Assembly (NCBI GenBank): GCA_015523565.1
Contig: WAKA01000219.1
Coordinates: forward strand, 1-60,373
Reading direction: 5' to 3'
Length of the DNA: 60,373 bases
Source: Candidatus Heimdallarchaeota archaeon
GTDB taxonomy: Archaea; Asgardarchaeota; Heimdallarchaeia; Heimdallarchaeales; Kariarchaeaceae
Each line of letters starts with the position of its first letter. Position 1 is the first letter of the stretch. Position numbers and translations under genes: made by a program. The notes beneath the pieces are model-generated. The model had not been told where the DNA came from. It saw only the letters and a program-made list of their open reading frames with translations, and made no database searches. Shown piece by piece: positions 29,460 to 39,279 of the stretch.

Positions 29460-31919
29460 CTAAAAAATCACAGGTTCATCCTCCCCTTCAGGATAGATGC
29501 CGTAATCCTTCCTTATTTTCAGAAGTTTCTGCTTCAATTCCTCCTGTTTTCTTTTATCTTTCTCAGAAAGATACTGCATCAGGATGATATTGTAAAAATC
29601 CAAGGGATTCAATTCTTCCTCGTCAATGGATTTTAAAACCTCAATAATTTCCTCGTCGATCCTTCCATTCTTGAAATCATTGAAGAACATGATTATGAGC
29701 AATGCAACCAAGTCAAAGTTCAGTTCCTCACTCATCCATGTAATCAGTCTTGCGTTTTCCTGTACCTCAAATATATCCTTGTTGCTCCTGTAATTGTATG
29801 CCTTTCTGAACAGAAGAAAATTACGGCTTGCCAGCAATAAATACCGTTCCGTATCACTCATCCGTTTCCAGCAGTGCAATGCCTCCAAAAACTCATTAAT
29901 GTCATCTGTCCATATCCCCAACAGCTTTGCGCGAATATAATCATTGAACATCTTGATAACAAGCAACTGGAAACGCAGGACATCTCTCAGTTCTGTATGC
30001 AGCAACATGATTATCAGCCTTTCCACGTCCTCATGCTTTTGACTCCACAACAGAAATCTTATCTTCTTGAGGACATCTGCCTCCCATTCCGTGAAGAGGC
30101 TCCAAAATCCATACGTCTGGGGTTTTTCAAGTATTACCGCTTGACGGTTTGCCATCATCTTCTCCCCCTTCGGCAATTCCTTCGGAATGTCCAGATCAAT
30201 ATTATCCAATTCACGATGCTGTGTCTTTCCCAAAAATGGTTCATGCAGGATGCTCGGTGCAACAGACATCTTCTCTGCCTCAACAAACTCTTCATACAAT
30301 TTTCTTACATCTGGATCTGCCATGAATGAATCCATGTCATCTGGTCTTATTCCCCCCAAAAACACATCATTATCCTTCTCAACCAACAATTTTGGATTTA
30401 ATGGCTCCAATTCATTTGGATATAGTGCCGAGGCAAATTGAACCATTCGTATCTGGTATTTTTCTTCCAATTCCTTTTGGTCAAACAAATGAAAAAGCAA
30501 GGCATAAAGCCTGCTTAGGTTGAATTGTATCTCAATGCCCAACGCCATCTTTGCCTGCGGCTTTTTCGCCTGAAGATAGCGTATCATGTTTGCCACGCTT
30601 TTCAATTGCTGAACTGGGTCTTCATGGCGGCAAATGAGGGATGTGACATACAAGGTCGTTCCAATCAACCTGTACGTCGTATAGTCCAATGATGAATATC
30701 GAGGTGACGTGGCAAGCCTATGGAAGAAATCATTGACTCTTGCCAACTGTTGCCGTCTTGTACCATTTCCCTCTAATGCAATTCTCAGATGTTCTGTCAT
30801 CTCCCTTATCAATTCAATCCTCGGAAGATATGCTTGACCAAGTGAAGTCCCAAATGATTCCAGCCTTTCGCGGATTGTGTCTAACATCTCCCCAGATCCC
30901 TTGAAAAAAGCACTGATCGGTAAAAAGAAAATGTATACAAAAACCAACCCTTTCCTAATCACTATCCCCTCATCCTGAAGGAGGTCAAATAAACGCTCAT
31001 TAATTTCCTGTCCCCATGGGATTTGGAGAAAAAGCTTTGCAAGTTCCAAATTTGAGGGTGCCACTGGAAAACTGGCCTTATTGGCAAGTTTCCTCAATTC
31101 ACCGATCTTATCCTCTTGACCCACCCAAAGATAAAGCAATGCCAGATTCCTCAGAACTGAAACGTAATGGTGAAAATGGGTCGGTCGTTTTCTTGGCAAC
31201 TTCTGAAGAAGATCCAACGCAATGCCATAATACTCAATTGCCGTATCCAATGCCCCTATTAAGGCATATGCCCCTGCCAAATCCATCAGGAAACGATAAC
31301 GGTTCTGTTGCCTCTGCTTTTTTGCCCCTGCATACTTTTCTGCTTGGTGCATCACATTGACCATTCGCAGTATATTGGCGGCGGCAACCAAAACCTGCGC
31401 TTTCAACCTAAATATTGCAATGTCATTAAACAGTAGGGGAAACTTGGTTGTACTGACAACTTCATATTCTTCTGGCTCTAGCTTGTTCTCCATCTGATCC
31501 CTAACCTGCAACAATAACTCATCAGTATTGAGCCGCATGTGCACCGCATGCAGTTCTTCATAAATCGTTTCCCAATCAATCCCATGCATTGAATAAATTT
31601 TTATGTAAACTGAAAGGAAACGAAGATGAAGCATGAAAAGATCAGATCCTTCCAATTCTTGTTCTAGAACCTTCTCCATAATTCCCCCTGCCGATGCCAT
31701 CAACTCCCCAAAAATTCCCAATGCATAATACTCATCCTCTGTCAGCACTTTGGAAATGATAGGTTCCAGTTCTGAATAGGGCTTGGGCAATTCTATCTCT
31801 GTAATGCCTGTTGCATCTGTATACTCCGAAAGCCTTGCCAGTAGGGGCGTTTCCCTTAGTTCCTCTATTTTGAGCTTCGTAATGGCCACTCCCGTCCTGT
31901 ATCCTTCTTCCCTCGTCAA
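29460..31919 (-). CDS. large all-alpha/TPR-like hypothetical protein
   Basis: TPR-like segment LAGAYALIGALDTAIEYYGIALDL..NLALLY. Confidence 0.65.
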   Translation of the reverse strand: MTREEGYRTGVAITKLKIEELRETPLLARLSEYTDATGITEIELPKPYSELEPIISKVLTEDEYYALGIFGELMASAGGIMEKVLEQELEGSDLFMLHLRFLSVYIKIYSMHGIDWETIYEELHAVHMRLNTDELLLQVRDQMENKLEPEEYEVVSTTKFPLLFNDIAIFRLKAQVLVAAANILRMVNVMHQAEKYAGAKKQRQQNRYRFLMDLAGAYALIGALDTAIEYYGIALDLLQKLPRKRPTHFHHYVSVLRNLALLYLWVGQEDKIGELRKLANKASFPVAPSNLELAKLFLQIPWGQEINERLFDLLQDEGIVIRKGLVFVYIFFLPISAFFKGSGEMLDTIRERLESFGTSLGQAYLPRIELIREMTEHLRIALEGNGTRRQQLARVNDFFHRLATSPRYSSLDYTTYRLIGTTLYVTSLICRHEDPVQQLKSVANMIRYLQAKKPQAKMALGIEIQFNLSRLYALLFHLFDQKELEEKYQIRMVQFASALYPNELEPLNPKLLVEKDNDVFLGGIRPDDMDSFMADPDVRKLYEEFVEAEKMSVAPSILHEPFLGKTQHRELDNIDLDIPKELPKGEKMMANRQAVILEKPQTYGFWSLFTEWEADVLKKIRFLLWSQKHEDVERLIIMLLHTELRDVLRFQLLVIKMFNDYIRAKLLGIWTDDINEFLEALHCWKRMSDTERYLLLASRNFLLFRKAYNYRSNKDIFEVQENARLITWMSEELNFDLVALLIIMFFNDFKNGRIDEEIIEVLKSIDEEELNPLDFYNIILMQYLSEKDKRKQEELKQKLLKIRKDYGIYPEGEDEPVIF

Positions 31920-32119
31920 TCTTAAAAACCTTCTGTGTGTCCTTGGGCAAGTTGGCTATTTAAAACGGGATAGACTCCCATCTGGAACCTTCCATTGTTG
32001 CTTTCTATCCTTCCCTTCCCCCTTTTCATGTTGCCATTCTCCTCTCTCTGTTCCCTCCTCCCCTTTCTTAATGTTTCTTTCCCATTCTCTTCTTCATTTC
32101 GACCTCTCTCACAATCTTC

Positions 32120-33280
32120 CTATAATCGCGGAAAAATAGCCAGATACGGCGACAGGTAATGGAAAATCCTGTCAAGATACATTCCATGCAGATGCGGTCC
32201 CCTATTGTTCACAATATCCAATCTTATCAATCTGAATAGCTCCTTCGCCAATTGCCTGTACCGTGTCTCAGATCGTGTAGCAATCCCTATCACCCGTCTT
32301 GGTGACAGTTCTCTCTCATACCTTTCTATGTCTTCTGCTGTCTTCAACTCCCCTTCCCCTGTTTGCAACGGAAATATCTCCTGAATCTTGTCTGGCAACT
32401 TGCTCGAAATCGTATCATTCCTGTGAAATCCCATCCAATTCACCAATTTCATGTTAGGGAACACATAAAGCAGATTCTTGTCAATTGGAGAAGTCCCTGG
32501 CATGGACGGCTTATAATACGTGAACATACAGACCTTGAACATCTCCAAAATGTATCTCCCAAAAAATAACAGCACCTCCAACGAACCACGAACTGCCTCA
32601 CGGACAACTGTCCGTTCCCTCTCATCCTCCAAACGCTTTCCAATGATCCTGTCAAACAACTCCATGCAAACGGACACCAGATCCTCCCCAATTTGACGTT
32701 GCAAAAGCTCATCAAGCATCACAAACCAATAGCCCAAGACAAACATCACTCCTTGCCTCGCAACATTGGAATTCTGATCCAACTGCCCCAACAATGCCTG
32801 CTCAACAAACAGCCAATATTCGGGAACACGGGACAATTGTCTCACCCGTACCTGCATTGCAGAAAAATCCTCACGTTTCTGCTCAAAAAGCTTCAGCTCA
32901 CGATCCATGTACTTCACACGGTATGCTGAGAAGTTTTTTCTGTTTGTATACTTCTTTGCCTTCTCTGCATCCCTTTTGCGCCGAAGCTCTTCCATCATCT
33001 CATCAAACTCCTTGTTCGGAAAATTTGCCTTCGCACGCTTCAAAATATAGCTCCTGATCAACTGGCTTGGTGTCATGGTCAGCAGTGCCCTCAATTGAGG
33101 GGGACGACGACCCTTTAACGCTCGATGAACCGCTTGTGCCACAAAATTCCTGAAAAGATATTCTCCACTGTCTTCATGCTCCACACTGAAACATCGATAC
33201 CAAAAATCAGGAAAAGAGGAAAACTCAAGCTCTTCCTGTTTAAAAACCCCTAACTTGTCCGCCTGCTCGAAAATATCCAC
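32120..33280 (-). CDS. hypothetical protein (386 aa)
   Basis: Long ORF 2 bp downstream of the MBL gene; no family recognised. Confidence 0.65.
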   Translation of the reverse strand: MDIFEQADKLGVFKQEELEFSSFPDFWYRCFSVEHEDSGEYLFRNFVAQAVHRALKGRRPPQLRALLTMTPSQLIRSYILKRAKANFPNKEFDEMMEELRRKRDAEKAKKYTNRKNFSAYRVKYMDRELKLFEQKREDFSAMQVRVRQLSRVPEYWLFVEQALLGQLDQNSNVARQGVMFVLGYWFVMLDELLQRQIGEDLVSVCMELFDRIIGKRLEDERERTVVREAVRGSLEVLLFFGRYILEMFKVCMFTYYKPSMPGTSPIDKNLLYVFPNMKLVNWMGFHRNDTISSKLPDKIQEIFPLQTGEGELKTAEDIERYERELSPRRVIGIATRSETRYRQLAKELFRLIRLDIVNNRGPHLHGMYLDRIFHYLSPYLAIFPRL

Positions 33281-33282
33281 CT

Positions 33283-33975
33283 CTACAGCCCCAACCTTTC
33301 AACTGCTTCCTTTACCCGTTCCGAAGCACCCTCCAAAATCGGTGGCCCATGGCCTCCTACCAATACTTCAAAATCAAACCCTGCAAGCTTCTTGAATGAC
33401 GCCTTCGCCTGCTCCATGTTCTCCGTGAAAACGCCTGGGGGCAATGATGCATTCCCCCTTCTGTCCGTAACCACAGCATCACCGGAAAACATGACTCCAT
33501 TCCTCAAAAATCCCATAGAACCCTCTGTATGCCCTGGAAGGAAAAGTGCAGAAATACCATCCACCTGCTGACCATCCACTACATATTCCACCCCATGAAC
33601 TGCTCGATTCCGAATAAAGGGATCAACTACAAAAAACAATGGCTTAATCAGCCAGTTCCGTGGCAATGGTCTCCTTTTCGGATGGATTACATAGTCCGCA
33701 TCCCTTTCATTGATATAAATGATCGGATGAAAAACCTTCTCAACAACATGTGCCCCATTTACATGATCAACATGATGATGGGTCAGAAAAACCTTGGAAA
33801 CACGCTTGTCTGAAAGCTCACTCCGAATATACCTCATAATCCCCTTTGCCTTCCGATTCATGTTTGTGTCAATTAGAATCAAGTCATCGCCGCTTTCTAT
33901 AATGTAATTGTTTGAGTAGCCCTTGATCCAATGTATGCCATCCGCAATCTCTGAATTCGGACGTAAATCCACCAT
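33283..33975 (-). CDS. MBL-fold metallo-hydrolase
   Basis: THHHVDH, PGHT, FSGD and GHG. Confidence 0.92.
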   Translation of the reverse strand: MVDLRPNSEIADGIHWIKGYSNNYIIESGDDLILIDTNMNRKAKGIMRYIRSELSDKRVSKVFLTHHHVDHVNGAHVVEKVFHPIIYINERDADYVIHPKRRPLPRNWLIKPLFFVVDPFIRNRAVHGVEYVVDGQQVDGISALFLPGHTEGSMGFLRNGVMFSGDAVVTDRRGNASLPPGVFTENMEQAKASFKKLAGFDFEVLVGGHGPPILEGASERVKEAVERLGL

Positions 33976-34329
33976 TGAATTTCATGGGCTAACCTGACTT
34001 ATAATTATTTGGTCTCAACATCGGCGCATTACTTCTCTATAAGACTCAGCTCTTCTTCTCCCCTTTTTTCTATATTCATCATGTATAAATGTGAATTGAA
34101 TAATATTGTTTGACTTACCTCCAATAAACTTGCCCTTTCCATATGGAACATTGCCAATATCTCTCAAACCTTAAAATTCATTGATTTTGCAAACCCAAAA
34201 CCTACTATCAATTTGTATTTTCTAAATTCCAAAATTGGAAGCTGGTAATACTAAAAAAAAAGTTCCATTAAACATGAAATTCCTATGCAAAAAAAACACG
34301 GTTAAAAAAAATCCCTCTCCCTGAAAAAA

Positions 34330-34421
34330 TGACCCGGCCGGGATTTGAACCCGGGTCGACGGGGGTCTTCTCATTGGCGATTGAAAGCCCGCCATGATTG
34401 ACCGAGCTACACCACCGGGCC
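34330..34421 (-). tRNA. tRNA-Glu(TTC) with 17-nt intron (34365-34381) at the canonical 37/38 position
   Basis: Acceptor GGCCCGG/CCGGGTC; anticodon stem GCGGG/CCCGT; T-loop TTCAAAT. BHB motif: CTTT pairs with intron GAAG, with 3-nt bulges CAA and ACC. Confidence 0.92.
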
Positions 34422-34572
34422 GATTTTGTTATTACCTGTCGGTAGTTTTCTGTCATCGCCGAAGCTTTTGACAATCTGTTTAAGGATTTTGATTTACTTA
34501 AATTTTGTTTTTGGTTACGTTGGCATCTTCTGCCATTGCTTATCAAGTGAAAATGATTGTTCTGCCTCTGTT

Positions 34573-37500
34573 TCAAATCTTGTTGAATAGAACACGTAAC
34601 ATCCCAACTGGCATATTAAGATTCTGAAGTGCTTGCAATGGGTCCTTTGTTTCGTCGATTGTTTGGCATATTTTGTCAATGGTGGTTTCAAAGATTCTAC
34701 GGTATTCGATTACAGGTTCTGGAGTTGTGTCAATGGTCAATTCATTGCAGTATTCATTGACAATTTCACGATATTTCTTCTTATTTTCTGCAAATATTTG
34801 TGGATGGAGGAAAATTGGGGTTAAGAAAGCACCAAATCTGAACACACGGTTTTCTGCAATTTTCTTTATTGTCATTTTTCCTGTTTCCACGTCATAGGTC
34901 AAGGTGCAACCTGGGGCAAGATAACGTTTTGCCAGTTGAAGTGTATGCCTTTTACCCAAAATTTCTTCAAACGTCTTATTCGTACCTCCTGGTTTTGCAT
35001 TATTCCAGCTTTGTAAATTCTGCTGAAAGAGGTCTGCGTCTAGGGTCAAATGGTGTAATATCCTGCGAAGGAGTGCTTCGATCCAAAAGTGGATTTTGTT
35101 GAGATAATGTTCCCTGTTTTTGAAAATCTGGAGATATTTTTGACCTTTTTCAGCACCGAGATATTTTGTCCCTAAAAATTCAGGATCAATGTTTTCAGGA
35201 TACTGGGGGAAATGTCCTGGGAGTATTCTCAAATCAAGAATTGAAAAGGTGTTTTCAACTGGTTCGTCTTGTGTTTTGGGATCAAACCATACATAGACAT
35301 TTTTCATGTGCATGAATTCTTTTTTGAATCTGATTTTGGCAAGGTTGCCTGTATTTCCATTTGCAACTTGCTTTAGTTCTTCAATCATTGACATTTCAAA
35401 AGGTCTGTGATGTTTTTCAGTCAAATCGGAGACAGATTTTGGATCCAAGTAGTTCTTTATTTCATTGAAAAAGGTTGCAATGAAGCTGATTTTCAATTTG
35501 CTGGTCTGCAAATATTGAATGAATTTCTTTGCCGTTTTAGGGGTGAGCTTTTTATTCACCATGAGGGAGTAATCGTTTAATGATCCTGTTGGGGGTCTGA
35601 ACTGGAAAAACATGATTTTGTCATTGCCTTTTGTGGCTTCAACCAGTTCTACCAACGGGATTGGGGGTTCAATCCCTGCATATATCTCTGTTGTCAGTCC
35701 TCCCAAGGGGCTTGGCAGGAATTTATTTGAGTTTGATCTATGTGCTATCGGGAATTTTGCAAACCAATGTAGGATGGTGTCTGTATCTGTTTTCCTGATT
35801 TTTTCTGTGTCTATTGTCCTTCCCTTCAAATATTCCTTGATTTTTTGTTTTGGTATCAGGAATTTGATGAAAGCAGTACTTGATGTAATTCCCTTGACTG
35901 GGACATAATTGTTTACATATTCTATTCCTGTTGCCATTCGGGTTGTGGTGGTAAAATTTTCTGCTTCGGTATATTCAATGGTCTCTCCGTTTTGGTTTGG
36001 TTTGGACAAAATTATTGGGTTTATGTTCTTAAGGTATGTCCTTTCCACTATTTTCACGAATGGATCGTGGCTTATGCTGGATGTATTCCATTTCAGTTTG
36101 AAGATTGAAACATCAAATAAGCGGTAGTGATTATATGTAACAGGAAAATCATGTTGAATTTTTTGCAGTAGGTTTTCGATTTCTTGGATGGTTGCCCCTG
36201 CATAAGTAAGTATATTGATCTCAGGCATCCATTTTCCCAAGATGAAATTTGATTGGTGTCCTTGGTTCGGAGTATGGAAGAGCAGGTTGTATACCTGTTT
36301 TTGATATTCCCTGAAGAGATACAAGTCCTCTCCTTTCAGTGGTGCCCTTGAAAACAGCGATACATCGTCAATGATGATGGAAAACATGTTGGGATCATCA
36401 AAATATCTCACGATACCGTCTTGGTCGATAAACTTTGTGATGCCAAATCGAGAAACTGTTTCCTCATTTGTTTTTATGGTTTGGGGTGCGAAGAAAGTGT
36501 CCTTGTCAATAATACCAAAAAAGGTGTTTCCCATGGTATCTCTCAATGGTATCTGTATAATGCGGGAAACATCGGCTCTGGTGTTGACTTCCGCGATTCC
36601 CAAACTGTCATGGCATCTAAGGGTCATGAGGTTATTGTCCATTGCATTTTTTACGGTATTGATGGAACTGAATGTGATGCCAAGATCCGTGACCTCGACC
36701 CACCTTCCACTTCGCATGAATTCAATAATCTGGTGTTGGGCAATTGAATTCTCCATTTTCTGGACATATCCTGTTATGATCCTGTCAACAATGTGTTTCT
36801 GGTTTGCCAAGAGGTTTGAAAAATTTTTCCCAAAGTTGTCTTTTGAGATGGCTGACTTGAAATCATCTGTAGCAAGGTCTGCGGCATTGGTGGAACTCAA
36901 TTCTTTTGTACCGACATTGAACAGTTGATGAATACCTAATGTGGCTGCAAGCTTTGTCCAATCTCTCTTAAGCCTGTCAATTCGTCCAAGCCCGATTCCA
37001 TCAGTAAACAGTCGCTTGTCCTCTGTAGTTCTGATAATCGCAGGATAATCCCCAATTCTTCCAAGTATCAATTTACTGTTTTCATTTCCTTTTTCGACAA
37101 TTTTCTTTGCCTCTGTGATGAATATTCTTTGATCCAGTCCCTTTGAAAGATTGAGCTTGTATTCTCCAATAGTATTCATGAATGTCTTTTCCTGTATCCT
37201 CTCAATGAGAAAATTGGTGATTTTTGTCAAATCATTGTTTTCATCAATTGGTGTGACTGGGATGATCAATGTCAGCCTGTCTGTACCTGAAGAGATCCCA
37301 TTTATATCGAGGGAATGCTGGATGATATGGTCAATAGCATTCTTGAGAGCTTCTTCTATACGATCCACGGATTTGCGGGAAACTTGGATGTCTCTTTCTT
37401 TCATCATCTTGATGATTTGCCTTTTCTTTGTATCTGGGAATTTGAATACTGCATCTGTGAGTATATCGGTGTTATTGGTGAATTTGTTTAAAACCAATGT

Positions 37501-38070
37501 TGGGGGAAAGGTTCCCTGATCCACAAGCATTTCTCGTATTGAATACCCTCCCAATTCCCTTTCGAGCATATGCAGGACAAGCTTTTCCGCTTTTTCACCT
37601 TGGAATGAAAACATTTTGCATCCTTTTATGAAATTGGCATTTGAGCCTTTTATGAAATCAATTAAGTCGTATTTTGTGATTTTTTCAACATTCTTGTTTT
37701 TCCTGATGAAGTCATAGTATTCACCAAGAAGGTTTGCATCCTTTGTCCCAAAGTAGATTTGAACCTTTCTGTCCCTTAAGAACTGGGATTTAGACTTGTA
37801 GTGCTGGAAACGGTACAAGACATTGGTCCTTTGCATGAAAATCATATAGGGGCTGATTTTCTCGACCATGCAGGGGTTATTGGTCTCAAAAAGCTTGATC
37901 AAGCCATTTCCCGATACAACCTGTTGTGAAATGGGTTCTAAAAACTTGTTCTGGTCATTTTTTATACCTGAAAAGTGGTATATTGGGCATATTGTCTGTA
38001 AAGGTGTAACCGAAAAGTCAAATGTGCCCATTTCCATTATACAAATATTTGGATGCAAAATACCATTCAA
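34573..38070 (-). CDS. large hypothetical protein (1165 aa), possible PD-(D/E)xK nuclease domain
   Basis: Uninterrupted 3.5-kb ORF. The pattern GEKAE..TDAVF..ITEAK..RDWTKL lies in the N-terminal third. Confidence 0.6.
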   Translation of the reverse strand: MNGILHPNICIMEMGTFDFSVTPLQTICPIYHFSGIKNDQNKFLEPISQQVVSGNGLIKLFETNNPCMVEKISPYMIFMQRTNVLYRFQHYKSKSQFLRDRKVQIYFGTKDANLLGEYYDFIRKNKNVEKITKYDLIDFIKGSNANFIKGCKMFSFQGEKAEKLVLHMLERELGGYSIREMLVDQGTFPPTLVLNKFTNNTDILTDAVFKFPDTKKRQIIKMMKERDIQVSRKSVDRIEEALKNAIDHIIQHSLDINGISSGTDRLTLIIPVTPIDENNDLTKITNFLIERIQEKTFMNTIGEYKLNLSKGLDQRIFITEAKKIVEKGNENSKLILGRIGDYPAIIRTTEDKRLFTDGIGLGRIDRLKRDWTKLAATLGIHQLFNVGTKELSSTNAADLATDDFKSAISKDNFGKNFSNLLANQKHIVDRIITGYVQKMENSIAQHQIIEFMRSGRWVEVTDLGITFSSINTVKNAMDNNLMTLRCHDSLGIAEVNTRADVSRIIQIPLRDTMGNTFFGIIDKDTFFAPQTIKTNEETVSRFGITKFIDQDGIVRYFDDPNMFSIIIDDVSLFSRAPLKGEDLYLFREYQKQVYNLLFHTPNQGHQSNFILGKWMPEINILTYAGATIQEIENLLQKIQHDFPVTYNHYRLFDVSIFKLKWNTSSISHDPFVKIVERTYLKNINPIILSKPNQNGETIEYTEAENFTTTTRMATGIEYVNNYVPVKGITSSTAFIKFLIPKQKIKEYLKGRTIDTEKIRKTDTDTILHWFAKFPIAHRSNSNKFLPSPLGGLTTEIYAGIEPPIPLVELVEATKGNDKIMFFQFRPPTGSLNDYSLMVNKKLTPKTAKKFIQYLQTSKLKISFIATFFNEIKNYLDPKSVSDLTEKHHRPFEMSMIEELKQVANGNTGNLAKIRFKKEFMHMKNVYVWFDPKTQDEPVENTFSILDLRILPGHFPQYPENIDPEFLGTKYLGAEKGQKYLQIFKNREHYLNKIHFWIEALLRRILHHLTLDADLFQQNLQSWNNAKPGGTNKTFEEILGKRHTLQLAKRYLAPGCTLTYDVETGKMTIKKIAENRVFRFGAFLTPIFLHPQIFAENKKKYREIVNEYCNELTIDTTPEPVIEYRRIFETTIDKICQTIDETKDPLQALQNLNMPVGMLRVLFNKI

Positions 38071-38125
38071 AACAATATTGTCCTTACACTAGGCAAAAAT
38101 AACAAAAAAAAGAGGGGGATATATA

Positions 38126-38638
38126 ATGAAACTGTATCGACTTCCTGTCAATGCAACTACAATCCTTGTAGGTATCGTGATTTCTTTTTTCCTTGCCTTA
38201 CTGGCCGATAATCCCATGACAAGATTTTATCAACTTGTCTATTTCTTTTTTGCAATCATTGCCCTCAGGGAAATGCAGATACTGATGCTTTTGATAAGGG
38301 CAAGGGAAACTGAACCCAAAAAAGTGCCGAAACAGGCAATGCATCTTGTTGAAGCCCGAATTTTTCTCATTATTTGGATCATGTCTGTTTCATTTGTCAT
38401 AAGCACATACAGATATTTCGGAATTGAACGCACAACTCTTGCAACATGGCTCAATAGGTATGACGACACATATCTCTTTACTTCCATCATCTATCTTGCA
38501 GGGATTATGCCCACTATTGTTGTCAGCAGAATGCAACCCATACGGACAGTCATGGCAAATAATTATTCCCTTCTTACCCCACTCAAAAAAGCGTTATCGC
38601 TGGAAAAGATTGCGAATGCAGATTCTTTGGAACTTTGA
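38126..38638 (+). CDS. membrane protein (about 4 TM)
   Basis: Four hydrophobic segments. Confidence 0.65.
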   Translation: MKLYRLPVNATTILVGIVISFFLALLADNPMTRFYQLVYFFFAIIALREMQILMLLIRARETEPKKVPKQAMHLVEARIFLIIWIMSVSFVISTYRYFGIERTTLATWLNRYDDTYLFTSIIYLAGIMPTIVVSRMQPIRTVMANNYSLLTPLKKALSLEKIANADSLEL

Positions 38639-38665
38639 AATCCTGTTGAAGTTTGATATGGTCTA

Positions 38666-39196
38666 GTGAGGACTGATGGATTTTTGATTATGATTTCCCT
38701 GTGGCAAGTCAATTTGGTTGGGCAGGGGAAAAGTGATTCTTTTGTGGACTTTCTTGATTTATTTGCCAGAAAACTAAGGGACACTTGCTTACTAACCGCA
38801 TTGGGCGATCGAACATCAAGTAATCGTTATAATGGATCATTATTTATTCCCAAGGATCATTTCATTCGAAAAGAGATACTCGGTCGAACAGAAACAGGCA
38901 TGCGAGGAAGGGATGCTTATGGGAAGACTTCCAATTATGGTGCTAAAATTTTTGTCATTCTTCCTTCCCATAACTTGGTTCTTACTATTGCTACAGGGCA
39001 ATTCAAGGAAAATCCTGTTGCCAACGACCTTTTGGGTCTCAAAAGAATCTTGGCAACAATTTTAAATGTTCTTAGCTTCAGGTTTGAAAACGGTCTGTTG
39101 CCAATTGAACTTGCCAATGCAGTCGCTTCTCTTTCCACTTATCCTTCTGCCCATATTCTTGAACTTTTCGCCAAAATAAGGATGCATTCGCCTTAA
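38666..39196 (+). CDS. hypothetical soluble protein, in frame with the upstream membrane ORF
   Basis: 176-aa ORF separated from the upstream ORF only by two in-frame TGA codons. Confidence 0.55.
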   Translation: MRTDGFLIMISLWQVNLVGQGKSDSFVDFLDLFARKLRDTCLLTALGDRTSSNRYNGSLFIPKDHFIRKEILGRTETGMRGRDAYGKTSNYGAKIFVILPSHNLVLTIATGQFKENPVANDLLGLKRILATILNVLSFRFENGLLPIELANAVASLSTYPSAHILELFAKIRMHSP

Positions 39197-39279
39197 TTTC
39201 GCATTTTCTTACATTTATCCCTTTATTATCCGAATTTTTGCAAGTTATATTAATATATCGAGACATCGAAAATTTTTAT

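Noticed and set aside
34283-34576. 97-aa ORF across tRNA-Glu (likewise 46507-46740 across tRNA-Gln)
   Set aside because: These are shadow ORFs over tRNA genes.
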